Assembly (NCBI GenBank): GCA_020536535.1
Contig: JAHLWZ010000851.1
Coordinates: 11,134-75,133 of the forward strand
From: Pelomyxa schiedti
Taxonomy: Eukaryota; Protista; Evosea
Length of the DNA: 64,000 nucleotides
Direction: 5' to 3'
This document shows positions 14,209 through 27,528 of the stretch, one piece after another. The notes beneath the pieces were generated by a model that saw only the letters and a program-made list of their open reading frames with translations, did not search any database and was not told the DNA's origin. Both the position numbers and the translations under genes were made by a program. Position 1 is the first letter of the stretch, and each line of letters opens with the position of its first letter.

Positions 14209-15222
14209 ATGCTCTCTTTCGAAACCCACACACTACTTTCCCACCCAGCTTCCTCGAAAGACATACGTGCTCCGATAAGCAAGAACGCGCAAGCCTTTAA
14301 ACCAACAAACGCCTGCTCTTGCTCTTCCCCCTCCTCATCCTCCACCAATTATGGGAATGGCGATACCAGCTTCGCACAAGGGCTCTCTGAGCTCCTTACG
14401 CGTATCGTTGAGGCTTCTCGTAATCAGAGCAATTCCGTAAGTGGAATTCATTACCCTGGGCCTCCCAAGGGCACAATGACAGTTTTTGACGGGGCCAGGT
14501 GCAAGCCGCCATCAATTTCTCTTCAGGACTTTACTGCCAGAATTGAGCGGTACTCTGGGTGCACAAGGGCTACCGTAATTGCTGCCTTGGTATATTTGGA
14601 TAGGCTTCTGGTCAAACACCCATTCATTACCTTGACTGAAACTAATGTGCACAGGCTGCTCTGGACTTGGTATGCTCCATTCCCCGAAATTTTTTTTTTA
14701 CATTTACTTGGCTTATATTATGCTACTACTCCAATAACAAGCAAACAATTCGCCAACCAAACTCACTAAATGTACAGCCTTGTTGTGGCTATCAAGAATT
14801 TTGAGGACAACTTCTACAGCAACTTGCACTATAGTAAAGTTGGTGGAGTTAGTCTACCAGAAATGAACAACTTGGAGATAACTCTTCTCCTTGCACTTGG
14901 CTTTGACCTCTTCATTGAATCCAAACAATTTGACCAATATGATGCGGCCTTGGCTGCTTCCTGTGGTTTGTACCCTCAAAATAAAAAAAAAAACACAAAC
15001 TACTGTGTACAATAAAACAAACAAACAAACAAACAATAAAAAAAAGTCTCTGACCTGAACCCTTCAGACTTCGCAAAGAAAGCCAAGGAAGTTACCACCA
15101 CACAAGCAACTCCACATCTGGTATCTACTCATACACCCGAGTCAGGTCCCAGATATCAAGTTCGATACCAGTATACAGCTTCACCAGTCTCCAGTGGAAT
15201 TGTGGGACCCACAAGATTGTAG
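14209..15222 (+). CDS. Cyclin of the P/U (Pho80/PREG-like) family
   Basis: PPSISLQDFTARIERYSGC...ALVYLDRL...NVHRLL...KNFEDNFYSNLHYSKVGGVSLPEMNNLE; three exons. Confidence 0.88.
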
Positions 15223-15644
15223 AATCAACTCAGTTGGAGCCCAACACCATGGAATCCTCACACCAGAATCACTACACCTGTGTTTCAATTCAACACCCAC
15301 ACAACACTTGTAGGTTCCCCGCTGAAGAGTGGTGGAACGAATCATAACTTATTTGTTGGCCCATCTCATAGTCTTCTCTAATCAAAAAAAAAACAAAAAC
15401 AAAAAAAAAGAATCAGAGTGGTAGTAACGAGTTTTATCAACAGGTGTTTGTTCTGCGATTGCAAACTTTTGTCATCACATGGCACAGAGCCTTGTGCTGT
15501 GGGGAAGTTGATCTGGAATAACAGACCCGAAGTTAGACCCGTTGGCAGGTACAATTATGGTTGAGCTTCGTCGAATTTCTGGGAATCTCAAAAACAGCGA
15601 GATCGCCGAAAAAAAAAAAAAAAAAACCCAACGGTGGCACGCAA

Positions 15645-18600
15645 ATGGGCTACGTACTTCGCGACGTCTTCGTTTCTTTGTTGCTGTTCGCGCTTATGGG
15701 TTCCGCAGGTGTCTCCACTTGTTTTTTTCTTTCCTTCTCTTGTTTTTTTTTTTTTTCCCCTTTCTGCGGAATAAAACGTCATACGAACAAAAACCAAAAC
15801 TAAACTAAACTAAACAAAACCAAACAAAATAGCAAAGATAAAGTCACCAGTGTTGAAGGTCCAAGAGTTTGGGCAATTTACTGTTGATGGAATGAGCGAG
15901 CCCATTCGCCGTATCAGCGGTGTATTTATGAATGACCTCACCTCGCCCAACAACGACACTGACTTGGTGCTGCTGCACTACGTGGGCCTCGACTTGGGGC
16001 TTTTCGCCTGGTGGACAGGCAGTCTGCCTCCAGAGAACTTGTACGTCGTGAGGCTGTCGCTATCGGACCCGGCGGCTGGTTTGACAGTACTGCGGACTAT
16101 GCAGAGACCAAGTACTGATGGAGGTAATGCTAGGTTTGTGAGGATATATGGGTGGCAACAATACGACCCTGGAAACGTCGTTCTCGTTGGTGCTAATCCT
16201 ACCCTGAGGATTGTGTTCAATACATCGGACCCGACCTATACTACCCCGGCAGGTAATGCCAAATATGGCACTATTAGCAGCCTGCAGCATTCAGGGGACA
16301 GTTCTTTTTTGGGAGCAACTGTCCCCCCAAAAACAAACCCCAGTGATCCCTGGTTTTCTGTGATGGTTGCACTCCAATACATGTCTGACGATCCCAATAC
16401 CTATCCAAACAACCCCGCCCAATCTTTCCCCATGATGCTCCCTCCTGCCTTCAGTGCCTCCACTCCAAACCCCAGCACTGGGTCTAGCCCCGTTGACAAT
16501 CTGTACACAGTTTGCAATGTTTCTTCACCAGAATGCGTCTTGTTCTATCAGAGTAACGCCACTGTTTCACGGGAGACTTGGATTGTCAGTGAACAGTCAT
16601 CACCCTGGGTTGTTGTTGCCGCATGGAAAGATGCACTTTTTGTATTGCACACACCTTCCTGTGATGTAAATATGTCACTACCAACCTGTGCAGTCGCTGT
16701 CAACATTGGATCTGGGTTTGATTACTTGTGTGGTGCTCTGGATTCTAAAGCTGGTTTTCTGTTTGTAGGAACGGCTGATGGCTATGGAGTTAAGATCAAC
16801 CTCACAGATTCAAAGATGAATTCAAAAACGATTTCCTTTGAGTCTGGTGCTATTATTGGTGTGGTTGCCGATCCCAAAACACGCACAACATTCTGGCTGG
16901 TGAAGGACCAAGGTATAAGACGTGTACAATACGACAACTTTGGATACGATAGCATTATGCAAATTCCAGTGGATGGGATTTCCTCAAATGGCACATGCCC
17001 CTGGAATGAGGATTCTGGGTTTCCAGACTACCAGCCATATCCCATTCCAGCCTATGGGTATATTAACACAGAATTCAACATTGGTTATTTCGTTGGACAG
17101 AAAAATATTGGCTGTCAGTTCTCAACTTATGTTATTTCTTTTGAATTATCTCATTGCAGCCAGTACACTAGTTGCGGGGAATGCATCAGTGAGACTTCTG
17201 GTGTTGGTGATAAGTACTATTGTGCCTGGGACCGTTACAAACAGCAATGCTATCCAAAATACGTCAATACAACCTCCCCTGTGGATCAAAAAGAATCCGA
17301 TTGTATAATTGAGACTTCTGACGTTTCACCAACAGAAGTTATTGACAAGGCACCCCAACCACTACTAATAACTGCCTACTGTAACTTCTCGGATGACTGT
17401 AACATCTCAACGGCTGAGTCGGTTGAAAAGCTGTGCGTCTTCACCTTTGACGAAGGTAGTAAGTTAAATACTACCGCCAAAGGGACTGGAAATCTTGTAA
17501 CGTGTCCAACTCCTTATCTGGAAATTGGTGCTTCAAAGGCTTCTGTAACAGCAACCTTAGAGTTGTTGTTCAATAGAATCCCAGTGTTCCAGAGTATAAT
17601 ATTGATCACATTCAAAAGCTGTGAAAATAAGACGACATGCGCTTCTTGTAAGGGTGGATGCAGGTGGTGCACACTTGGAAGTTTATGTACCGTGAACTGT
17701 ACCGATGAAAAGGCCCCCCCGCCTGAATGCGTTACGCTGTACGATGCAAACCCTCGTACAAGTACTGTTGGTCTTCCAGAGACCATAACAATCTCTAGCA
17801 GTATTCTCCCCAACTTCACTGATACTGTCACGTTGGACTGTCTGTGGGAGAGTGGCGGAAATTTAACCTATACAGTAGCCACCCCCCAACAAAAAAGTTT
17901 TCAATGCGACTCGCCGTCAGCAGCCTCCAACTACACTCTATCTGTGGTGTATAGTAACACTGTAGAAACTCGTCAACCTCTTTACACACAGGACAGTGCT
18001 ACAAGTGGAATGACACACAAAAACTTCAGCTTTGTTGTTCAAAGCTGTGAAGTTCACACCAACTGCAGTAGCTGTAGACCGTTGTCTCAACAAAACCATT
18101 CTGACAGTGAATGTATTTGGTGTGTTGATAATGTGGGTGCAAGATGCCTTAGCAAATCCAAGTGTAGTAATGGTAACACCTTTACTTACACTGGAGATCT
18201 GTGCCCCTCCATTGCAAGTTCCACTCCACAATACGTAGACAAAAATACTGACGTCTCGTCTGTGGACGTGACACTGACGGATGATGGCGGTGTTATTACA
18301 ACACTCCCTACTTCTCTTCTTTACTCCTGCTCGTGGCTGGATGATCTAGGAAACAACTACCAAGCCAGTGCTACTGGTGTCAGTGGACGAGTTATCACAT
18401 GTCCAATCCCTGTATCACTCTTCGCAAAAACATATGACTTCACCGCCAGCCTTCAGCTATATTTAGAAGGCAGTCTTTTTGTTGAAGATACCACTTCTCT
18501 AGAACTATACTCCTGTACTTCGACTGGAAATGCTCCAATAAGTAACTGTACCCAATGTATGCTTTTGAATAAGGAGTACTGTGGATGGTGCTTAACAACT

Positions 18601-20883
18601 AGGACTTGCGCTTCTGCTGGAGGGTGTACTACACCAACAAGTTCCGAGTCTAAAGACGGCACCCTCTCACAACATGCATGTCCCTCAATTGATGTAACTG
18701 ATCGCCCTACATCCACTCTGTCTATGGTACCAGGACCTATTACTGTTACAGGGAACGTGTTTAGCACAGCCGTACAAAGCAATTTGACATGCGTTCTGAA
18801 TGCATCTCAAGTCCAACAAACAATGAACTCATCAGTGACTGTTCTGAGCAGTACTACTGCTAGATGCAACTTTGATAGCAGATTTGCACCGCTTGATTCA
18901 TATAATTACGCCTCTTTGGGGCTTACTTTAACCATCTTCCAATTTTTTGACAACCAGTCGATACTCTATGCGTCATATGCACCAACATTCATTCTTGTTG
19001 ATTGCAGTGATTCTGGATCTCCCAATCCAGCCTCCTGCACGGACTGCGGCAGAGCCAGGCCAACAGCTTGTAAATGGAATCTCAAATCCATGGAGTGCAC
19101 AATGAACACAGACAACTTCACACAAGCCAATTGTCCTATAATCTCGGGTGTATCTCCAAGCTCTATATGTGCGGGAGAAACAGGGTCAACAATAATAACA
19201 ATTGCAAGTGACCCCGAGACACCAGAGTTCGGGTACAACGTCTCCTTTGGAAATCTCTCGACTGTCCCTTGCAACCCCATTTCTGAAACAGAATGTGAGG
19301 CAGCAATCCCACTTTGTTCAAGTTTGACAATCGTACCACTTGTAATACTGCGAAATGATATTAAATACACCTACAACTACTACACGTTCACTTATCAGTA
19401 CTGTGCACCTAGTGAAGAATCCAGTTCATCGGAAGAGAGCGTCACAAAATGGATTATAATTGGCGCAGTTTGTGGATTTTTCGTTCTTCTCCTACTTGCT
19501 CTGGGAGGCCTCGCAGGATTTGCCTTCTATCGCAGGCGTAAAGCAGGAGGGGATGTTTTTGAGTTTGACTTGATAAAGAACAAGCCCGACTTCACAAAGT
19601 TGCAGTACGATGGTGAATTTTCTCGGGCCACTCCCACTGCTTCCTCGTCAAAGAGGCATACTATATGTGGACATCCAGAGCAACTTGCTAAAGCCCTGTT
19701 AAATCTCTCTGTGGCTAGGTCTGTGTGTGAAGTTACACAAGCCACGGAGGCTGACAAAGTTGCCAGCTCCTTGGTTTATGTCCATGCCTCAGCAGGGTCA
19801 TCTCTAAAATTAATTAGCACCTTCGTGGAAGATGAGGTTACCAGAGTGCAAAACGAGTCCCTGCTCTTCCGTGCGAACAGCTTTGCTTCGAAAATGTTCC
19901 GGTCGTATAGCAAACTTCTTGGGCTAGAATATCTGTGGTACGTGGTTGTTCTATCCTGTGCCAACCTAATTACACTCTGAATCAAAGGTTCACACTTGGA
20001 GGTTTCTTGGCTGAGATGGCTTGGCTTGCCCAGCAAGACGAACTAAAGGCACAAGCACTTGCAAAATTGCAACCCAAAGCAGCAGATGCAGATGCGGAAC
20101 CGACTGATACATCAATGGCGGCGTCAGCTCAATTTAATGATTTCGAGGTCGACCCCACTAAAATGAAAGCTGGATTTGATGAAGAAGCACAATCCTATAT
20201 GCTAGCCGAGCGTTCCAGAAAACTCCTTGTTGCTGTGTTACGCTCAAAAGATAGAATGCCACCTCAAATAAGAGCATTAGTGAAATGTATAAGAGAGCAG
20301 GTCACAAAGCGATTCCCCGACGTAGAGAATATTGCTCACATAGCTATCGGCGGAGTAATATTCCTCCGTTTTGTATGCCGTTTGTTTTTCTTGCTGCTTC
20401 TCATTTCATGCAGATCTGTCCGGCACTCACTCTTCCCCATGTTTATGGACTGCTTAAAGCACCTCCAGATACCCGGCTCCAAAGGCAAGTTATCCTGCTG
20501 AGTAAAGTGATACAGAATTTGGCAAACGGTGTTCTTTTTGGTGGTAAGGAACCCTACATGCGCAACATGAATGAGTTCATTTCCCGAAACCTTGATGGTT
20601 TGTACCCTCCTCACCCATCCCGAACTCCTGCTGACTTTCCGGCTCTTCCACAGAAATAAACGATTGGATGGACAGCCTTGCCGATGTGAGCGACGCGGAA
20701 GAAGTCCGGGTTGACCTACCTCCCGAAGTTATGGAGCATGCCTTGTCCTTCATGCAGTCACACATTGAAACCAACAGGGGGAAGCTTCTTACTACATTAC
20801 AGAAGAACGGGGTACCTCAGGAGGACATTGACCTACTCATGGGCTCTGTCACCACAACAACAACCACCAGCACAGACAATTGA
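15645..20883 (+). CDS. Type I membrane receptor with PSI/IPT-like ectodomain and cytoplasmic RasGAP domain (plexin-like architecture)
   Basis: Signal-peptide exon MGYVLRDVFVSLLLFALMGSA; repeated CxxC...CxWC PSI-like units; TM WIIIGAVCGFFVLLLLALGGLAGFAFY-RRRK; RasGAP motifs LFRANSFASK, GGVIFLRF and SKVIQNLAN...KEPYM. Confidence 0.85.
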
Positions 20884-21088
20884 CCCCAAAAACTTCTCTC
20901 TTTGTTGTCAATAGCTTTGATGTTTATCCCCTACTAAAACCTTCAGCGTTGTGTTGGGCTTTTTTTTTCTGCTTCCTCTAATCCCTTGCAATTGCAGCAC
21001 AATACAGCAATTCCCTGCGAACAAAAAAATCAAATCAGGATCGGCGATTGTATCATAAATTAAAAAAAACAAACCGGTGCAACATCAG

Positions 21089-23006
21089 ATGGCGAGCGAA
21101 GCAACACCCAAAGCGACCAGCGAGCCGACAGCGGCTCCGGTCGCGGCAACAACAACAACTCCCGCGCAGCATCAACAAGCGACAGCGGCCACTACTACTA
21201 CACCGTCGTCGTCCCAACCACAGCCTTCCACGGCGGCCTTGCGTTCGTCTCCAGCTACACCCTCCGCTTCGCCCTCGCCCTCTTTGGGCTCCACGGCTTC
21301 GTCGGCTTCCGTGAACGTGGTGGCGTCGGCGGCAGTGCCTACCAAACAACAACTGCACCCTGAGTGGTATAATTGCAGAATGTACGAGAACAAGTACCCA
21401 GAACTGGAGGAGTTTGTAATGGTTATGGTCAAGAACATCACTGACATTGGAGCCTATGTCAATTTATTGGTATTTGTTGATGTCTTCAGTTTTACGGCGT
21501 GCCCCTTTTCCTGACGAGGTGTATTCCAGGAGTACAATAACATCGAAGGACTGATTCTCCAGTCCGAATTCTCAAGGCGCCGTATCAAGTCCATAAACAA
21601 ACTGGTACGTGTTGGGAAGCAAGAAGTTGTAGTTGTTCTTAGGGTGGATAGAGATAAAGGTTTATTTTTCTCAGTACCCTTGACAAAACTAATCTCCTTA
21701 GGTTACATTGACTTGTCAAAACGACGTGTATCTTCAAAAGACTATGCTAAAGCAGAAGAGCGTTACAATAAATCCAAAGCTGTATGTAGAGGCATTGGTT
21801 TATATAGTTGTTGAGTTGCGCAGGTAATGAGTATAATGCGACAACTTGCTGAAATCCACGAAACCAGCTTGGAGGAGCTCTACCAAATGTGTGCTTGGCC
21901 ACTCTTTAAACGATTTGGGCACGCCTATGATGGATTTAAGCAAGCTCTAACGTATGCTTTTCAACTGTGCCCTTTTTTTTGTTCCTTGGTAATCAACTTC
22001 CTAGTGATCCAACAACAGTGTTTGAGGGAATGAACATTCCAGAAGCTATTTTCGTTGATTTAGATAAACTTATCAAGAGGAGGCTCACACCACAAGCTGT
22101 TAAAGTTTGTTTTTACTCTTGCTAGCTTCCGCTTTGCTTACACCAGATAGATAAGAGCCGATATTCAGGTTACGTGCTTCCATTATGCCGGAATCGATGC
22201 TATAAAATTAGCTCTTGCAGCTGGAGAAGCGTGCTCGACTCCCGCTGCCCCAGTCCAAGTACACAATTTCCATTTAGAAGAGCTGTGGGTCGAATATGAG
22301 TAACCAACACAAAAAACAAAAAGATTAGACTACTGGCTCCTCCAATGTTTGTTATGTTTACAACAAGCATAGATAAGGCACTTGGTATGGCCACACTTAA
22401 CAAGGCAATTGAAGCAATCAAAGAAGTTATTGTTAAACACAATGGAGAGCTTGTTCTTAGCGTTGCTGTATGTAGTTCGATTTCTGAATTTTCCTCTAAA
22501 ACTACCAATAGCCCAGAGCCGTAACAGAAACTGAGGAGAATGAATTTGAACGCGCCACACATAGGCACGGCTCAGATAGTGAAGATAGTAGTGATGAAAG
22601 CAGTAGTTCAGATGAGTCCAGCTCTGATGAGGGATCTGGAACTGACAGTGAAGAAGAGGAGGGCATGGCACCAGGTGTTGGACCACTTACCCCAAATGTT
22701 GCCAAAGAAGTACCGGTGGCCACAAAGAAGACAACCAAAGCTACCGGCAAAGCACCCGCTACCAAAGCGGCACCCCAGAAAACTGGAGCCAAGCTGGCTA
22801 CCAAATCCACACCCACAACAACCTCCACTTCCACCACAAAACCCTCTGGTGCTTCCAAGGCAGCATCAGGCAGCACACCCGCAACCAAACCCTCAGCAAC
22901 GGCAACAACCACCAAGGCAACCGCAACCAAGCCAGCCGCAGTCGCCAAGCCGGCTGCAGTTGCCACAAAATCCACCACAACCAAAACACCAGCAAAAAAA
23001 TCCTAA
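21089..23006 (+). CDS. EIF2S1: Translation initiation factor eIF2 alpha with N- and C-terminal low-complexity extensions
   Basis: [41 protein letters not shown] (Ser51 loop), [22 protein letters not shown]...GHAYDGFK. Confidence 0.93.
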
Positions 23007-23057
23007 TATCTACCCTATTTACTACAATCATTTTTGTTTGACAAGCCCCTTTTTCTT

Positions 23058-23606
23058 TCATTCGCGTTGGGTGCTCTGCCTTTCGTACGCGTCACTCAAT
23101 TTATGGCACATAACACACTGTGCCACAGCCACAACAGCAGAAACTTCAGAAAAAATCCAACAGAGGGACCACAGGATCCACACAGCAGGCCCGCAGTTGG
23201 ATAATGAAGGGGCGGGAAGGAGGATGCTTGACGAGAAGGTGAGTGAGGAAGATTCTGACTCAGGAAAAAGGCCGTGCTTGCACCAGTAAACTGCGTCGCC
23301 TGAGCACACAAACAGGACTTCAAGGAGCAGGAGAAGCTCAAGTACTCCGACGTGCAGGGCAGTCCTTTTTTTTTTTTTGGGTGTTGAGAAAGGCACGTGA
23401 ATCAGAATCAAGGTGTGTGGCAGTGGGAATACACGAACATCAAGTAGAAGAATCCTGTGCAAGGGGGTGCATCGAGGCAGCACTTCTTCTTCCTGGAGGA
23501 AGGGGCCTTAGTCTCCTCGTGGTCGTGGCCTTCCTCCTCGTTCACAATGCGTTGCAGGCTTTCTTGGTCGTTAATGCTTGTTGTCGGCTTGGACCGGAGC
23601 ATCATA
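23058..23606 (-). CDS. Small hypothetical membrane protein (spliced; start approximate)
   Basis: Two coding-like exons with hydrophobic segments VGVLELLLLLEVLFVC and AVWILWSLCWIF. Confidence 0.3.
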
Positions 23607-23913
23607 ACCACAACCCACAGGCAGCAAAGCACCTGCCAGCCAAACAAGGCACAGGGGGCATTGGGGGAAAAGCCACTCACAGCCCCTGCTCCGAGAGTGA
23701 ATGACAGCTGCACGAGGCAACTTCCAAACAAAACTCCCGCACACAAAAGCCCCTTTTTCCGTAGTACACCCACAGGGGAGTGGTGCCTCTTCATGAGTGA
23801 ATAAAAAGATATCAAAACAAGCAAGAGACGAGAACGAAAAGAAAGAATAGAATTGGGGAGAGTGACAGGACCTGTGGTCTTTTCTTTTTTTATTATTTCA
23901 TTGTGGTCTCGAT

Positions 23914-24655
23914 TTAAGAGGAAGATGTCTCACCACCAGCAAGGCCGTGCTTTTTGAGGTACTCGGAGAGCTCGTCCCACTTGGCGGTCTTCTCACCAAA
24001 GTCGTAGATGACGCAGCAAGAGCAGCCGACAACCTTGCGGGGAACGCCGTCCTTGTCGATTTTGCAAAGGCCTACCCACTCACCGAGCTTCATGGAGTCG
24101 GGTACCTGATCATAGCGGTGAGTGCGTGGCGTTGGGGATTCACAGTGTTGTGTTGTGTTGAGGTTGGGTGTGTGGGGTGCCGTGGGTGTCTTGTGTGTTT
24201 CCAGGTGGTTAGGGGTTGTGAAGAAAAAGTACCTTGATGAGACTGACTTTTCGTGTGGTGCAAAGAGCCTCAACCAAGCGGATGTAAGCGGGCTCCTCGC
24301 AATTTGAGGCGAGGACACACAACTGAGCTTTGCCCTTGTCGAGCATCTTGGCACATTCGCGCAGACCGCGAACAAGACCGTTGTGAATGAGCGAGATTTT
24401 AAGGACCTCCTGTGCTCTTGTCAGGGGACGCCATAAAAGCAAACAAATACTCCAACAAACGTCAAAGTACACAAAAAAAATGGCTACAACACGCGTTTTT
24501 TTTTTTTTTTTGAAACGAAAAATACGGACCTTGAGAACGTTAAGGATATCGGCACCTTCGCCCTCAGCAGGGGCTTCTTCGCCCTCAGGAGCGGTCGTTT
24601 CTGTCACCTCTTCCGTGGGTACTTCCGAAGTTTCCACATCTCCGTCCGATGCCAT
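23914..24655 (-). CDS. RPS12: 40S ribosomal protein S12 (eS12)
   Basis: [25 protein letters not shown]...[13 protein letters not shown]...[28 protein letters not shown]; two introns. Confidence 0.96.
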
Positions 24656-24845
24656 TTTTGCGGAGTTCCTCGATGTGGGCCTGTACGTGCGAGTGTCGGC
24701 ACTGAGCTTGCTAAATTTTAATGAAATTGATCGTAGAGATCCAGTCTCTCAGGCTTTTAATTTTTTACAGTTGGGATATTTTCCGAGACGTAACTGTTTT
24801 TGGCAGTTGCTCCGATAGAAATTAAGGAAAGAAACGCGAAACGCC

Positions 24846-27323
24846 TCAGGAGCCTGGGTTGTGGTGCTGCTTGATTCGTGTGACTATTTCGTTGCACAGG
24901 TCTGTTCGGTTTTTTGGTAGAACATTAGTGGATGAGTTTGAATAAGATTTCAAGTACCAGCTGATTCGGACTCGTAGTCGTAGAATTTACCCTCCTTCTC
25001 TCTAAGGGAGAACTTTTTGTTCTTGTTGTTTGTGACACCCACATCAGAGATTTTGAATTTGTGCTGTTTAATGGTTACTTTTGCTTATGGTATAATGGGC
25101 ACGTACTATGTCCGGTTCTGAACTACCTGCGCCTCCAAATACAACTGCCGCGGCGGACTTGAGTATACCCTTTTCTTCTCCTTTCTTTACATTTTGAACA
25201 TATATGTGTGTCTCATCAAACCAAAGTTTGGCTTCTTTCCGGCCTAATTTGCCAATATGTACAACAGGATATTTCTGGTTAAACGTGAGAATGTATCGGT
25301 AGTAAAACGCTGCATATTCTTTACTTTGACTTTTTCTTCCGGTGTAGTTTGGGTTTTTCCTATAGAAAAACAGAAAAGTGACTAAGGATAAGAGTGAATC
25401 TTTGAACCTACTGTTTCGAACCATTCTTACAATAGTGAATCCTGTGTCAAGAACAGACATTTTGTCGTCGCATGCTTCATCGATGTTTGCATACCAAATC
25501 TGGAATTGATCTGCCTTAAGCTTCGTCTTTGCGCAAACCTACAACAGAGTAAATTACCCATGAGTACAGGCATTCTAGAACCTGGGCTTTCAATTGTGAG
25601 ATTTTTAGGTCTCGCTTCAATAGAATCCCAATTGTTTGAGAACAGTTGTTGGGATCCAAATGGTCCATAATTTCAACCCTCACAACCAATGGTGCTGGAC
25701 CTTTATGTGGCTGGTTTGTTAGGAGGAAATTTTAACAGGGCCATACAATCAGGATCTAGAACAAGCGCAAAAGGCGTTCCATCACCAGGAATGACACGGT
25801 CATCATCGAGAGCTTTAATGATCGTCAAAGAAAGTGCTAAGTGTTCACAAACAAATACAACGCAACAAGGCACCACTCACCACACACCCCCATGGTCTTT
25901 ATCAGGCTGGCCTCCTTTTTCCATATCGGCAAGGTAGAGGAAATATGCTTTAGGATTATCTTGCAAAATTATACTGCGATCGATTTGGGAGTGTTCCCTC
26001 ATATAATTGTACTTCTTGAGGACTTCCGCAATAGTATATCCAACTGTGGCTTTGCATGGAACCTGTAAAAAATGAGTTGGGGGGCTAAAGGAGAATGCCA
26101 TACTTTAACTTTGATGGGTGTTTTGTAATCCGGAGGAAGTTGTACTGTAACGTCCACCATTGGGGGTGGTCGTTCAACAGTGACAATGGTCTGTGTCAAA
26201 AGGGATCGGCGGCTTGGGGTGCACAGAGGGAAGGCAACAAAGGGGGTAGGAGAAGGTGGCGCTAGAGCGAGATTGCTAGTTGCAGGAGCATTGCTGACGT
26301 TCAATTGTGATCTCTGCAGATGCTCCCGTGGGTTCGGACCTAGTTTTATTCTTAAACACCAGTGATTTTGGATTTCACAAACTGTTTCTCTTATTGAGAG
26401 GAGTGCCTTTCCCTTGTTCCAAGACTGTTCTTGTCTTAGCATCAAAAACAAGCTTGGCAGGTAGCGGGTCAGTGCTCAAGTCATTGCACTGAAGTGGTCG
26501 CTGATATTCAGTGAGGGGTTGGGCAAGGAGTGTATTATTGGGACTGTAAAAGGTATAACAGATTAGGGTTCTGATTCAAAAAATTTTAAAATAATTACCC
26601 TGTGGCAGTCCTCAGCTTCGAAAGTAGCTCTTGTATTGCAAAAGAATCAAGTATCGAATGTGAAGAAATGTAATTAGAACCAGAGGAAAACACCTCCTCT
26701 GTTGGCTCCAAAGCATCCAACACTGTCTCGTGCTGCCGCGTGGGTGGCAGGGAGTGGGTAGTTAAAGGTGATAAGATACCCAAGCGAGGGAGTGGCGGGG
26801 GTGGGGGATTGTGAAGTTGTGGTGAAACAGGTGTGGAGGTCACTGCTGTGGAAATTGTGGAGCTGGAGGAATTTACAGGTATAATGGTTTGTGGTTGGGA
26901 ACTTTTGGCAGCTGGGGTGGTTGTACCACTTACAGTAGTAGTAGAAGTTTGAGATGCCTGACTTCAGAAAGAGTCATCAAAGTGATTTGGCAACAAGTGA
27001 AGTTGTAATGTGAGGTTTTCTGTTTTGGGTGTGCAAGGTTTTACATTTGGTTAGTGCAGACAATTTCATTGAGCCGTTCCTTCAGCATTGCCAGTTGCCG
27101 TTCAACATCTTCAAGCATTCCCCGTTGCTGTTAAAAAAAAGGTCATTTGCCATTCATTGTTGGCCACTGCGCAGTTAAAAAAAAAAAAAGCACGGACAGC
27201 AACAGTACTTACATCAGCACCCAAATCACCAGTGACGAGAGGCAGACGATCTCGTGACAGCCTCACACGATCCAAGATTCCATCTACATCACTCACCAGC
27301 CCACCCGCCGCCCCTCGTTGCAT
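24846..27323 (-). CDS. SIN1: TORC2 subunit SIN1/Avo1/RipA-like protein (CRIM and PH domains)
   Basis: CRIM-like VKVPCKATVGYTIAEVLKKY...AYFLYLADMEKGGQPDKD...ALDDDRVI...FALV; SIN1-PH-like end YDYESESADLCNEIVTRIK. Confidence 0.68.
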
Positions 27324-27528
27324 CTAATTCTTTTTTTTTTTATCGTTCCACCGAAAGACAGAGATTGGAGGGACTAAACACTCGGCAGGGCTTTCACTCT
27401 GCCTCCCCATACAGTGCCACTCTCAGAGGCCAGTCCATCTCCCCCCCGAAAGAACACTCCCTGAGGCTTTGGAAGCCGCACCAGATGGGAGTAACTTCAA
27501 ACGCAGTTGCAGAAATTAAACGAAAATA

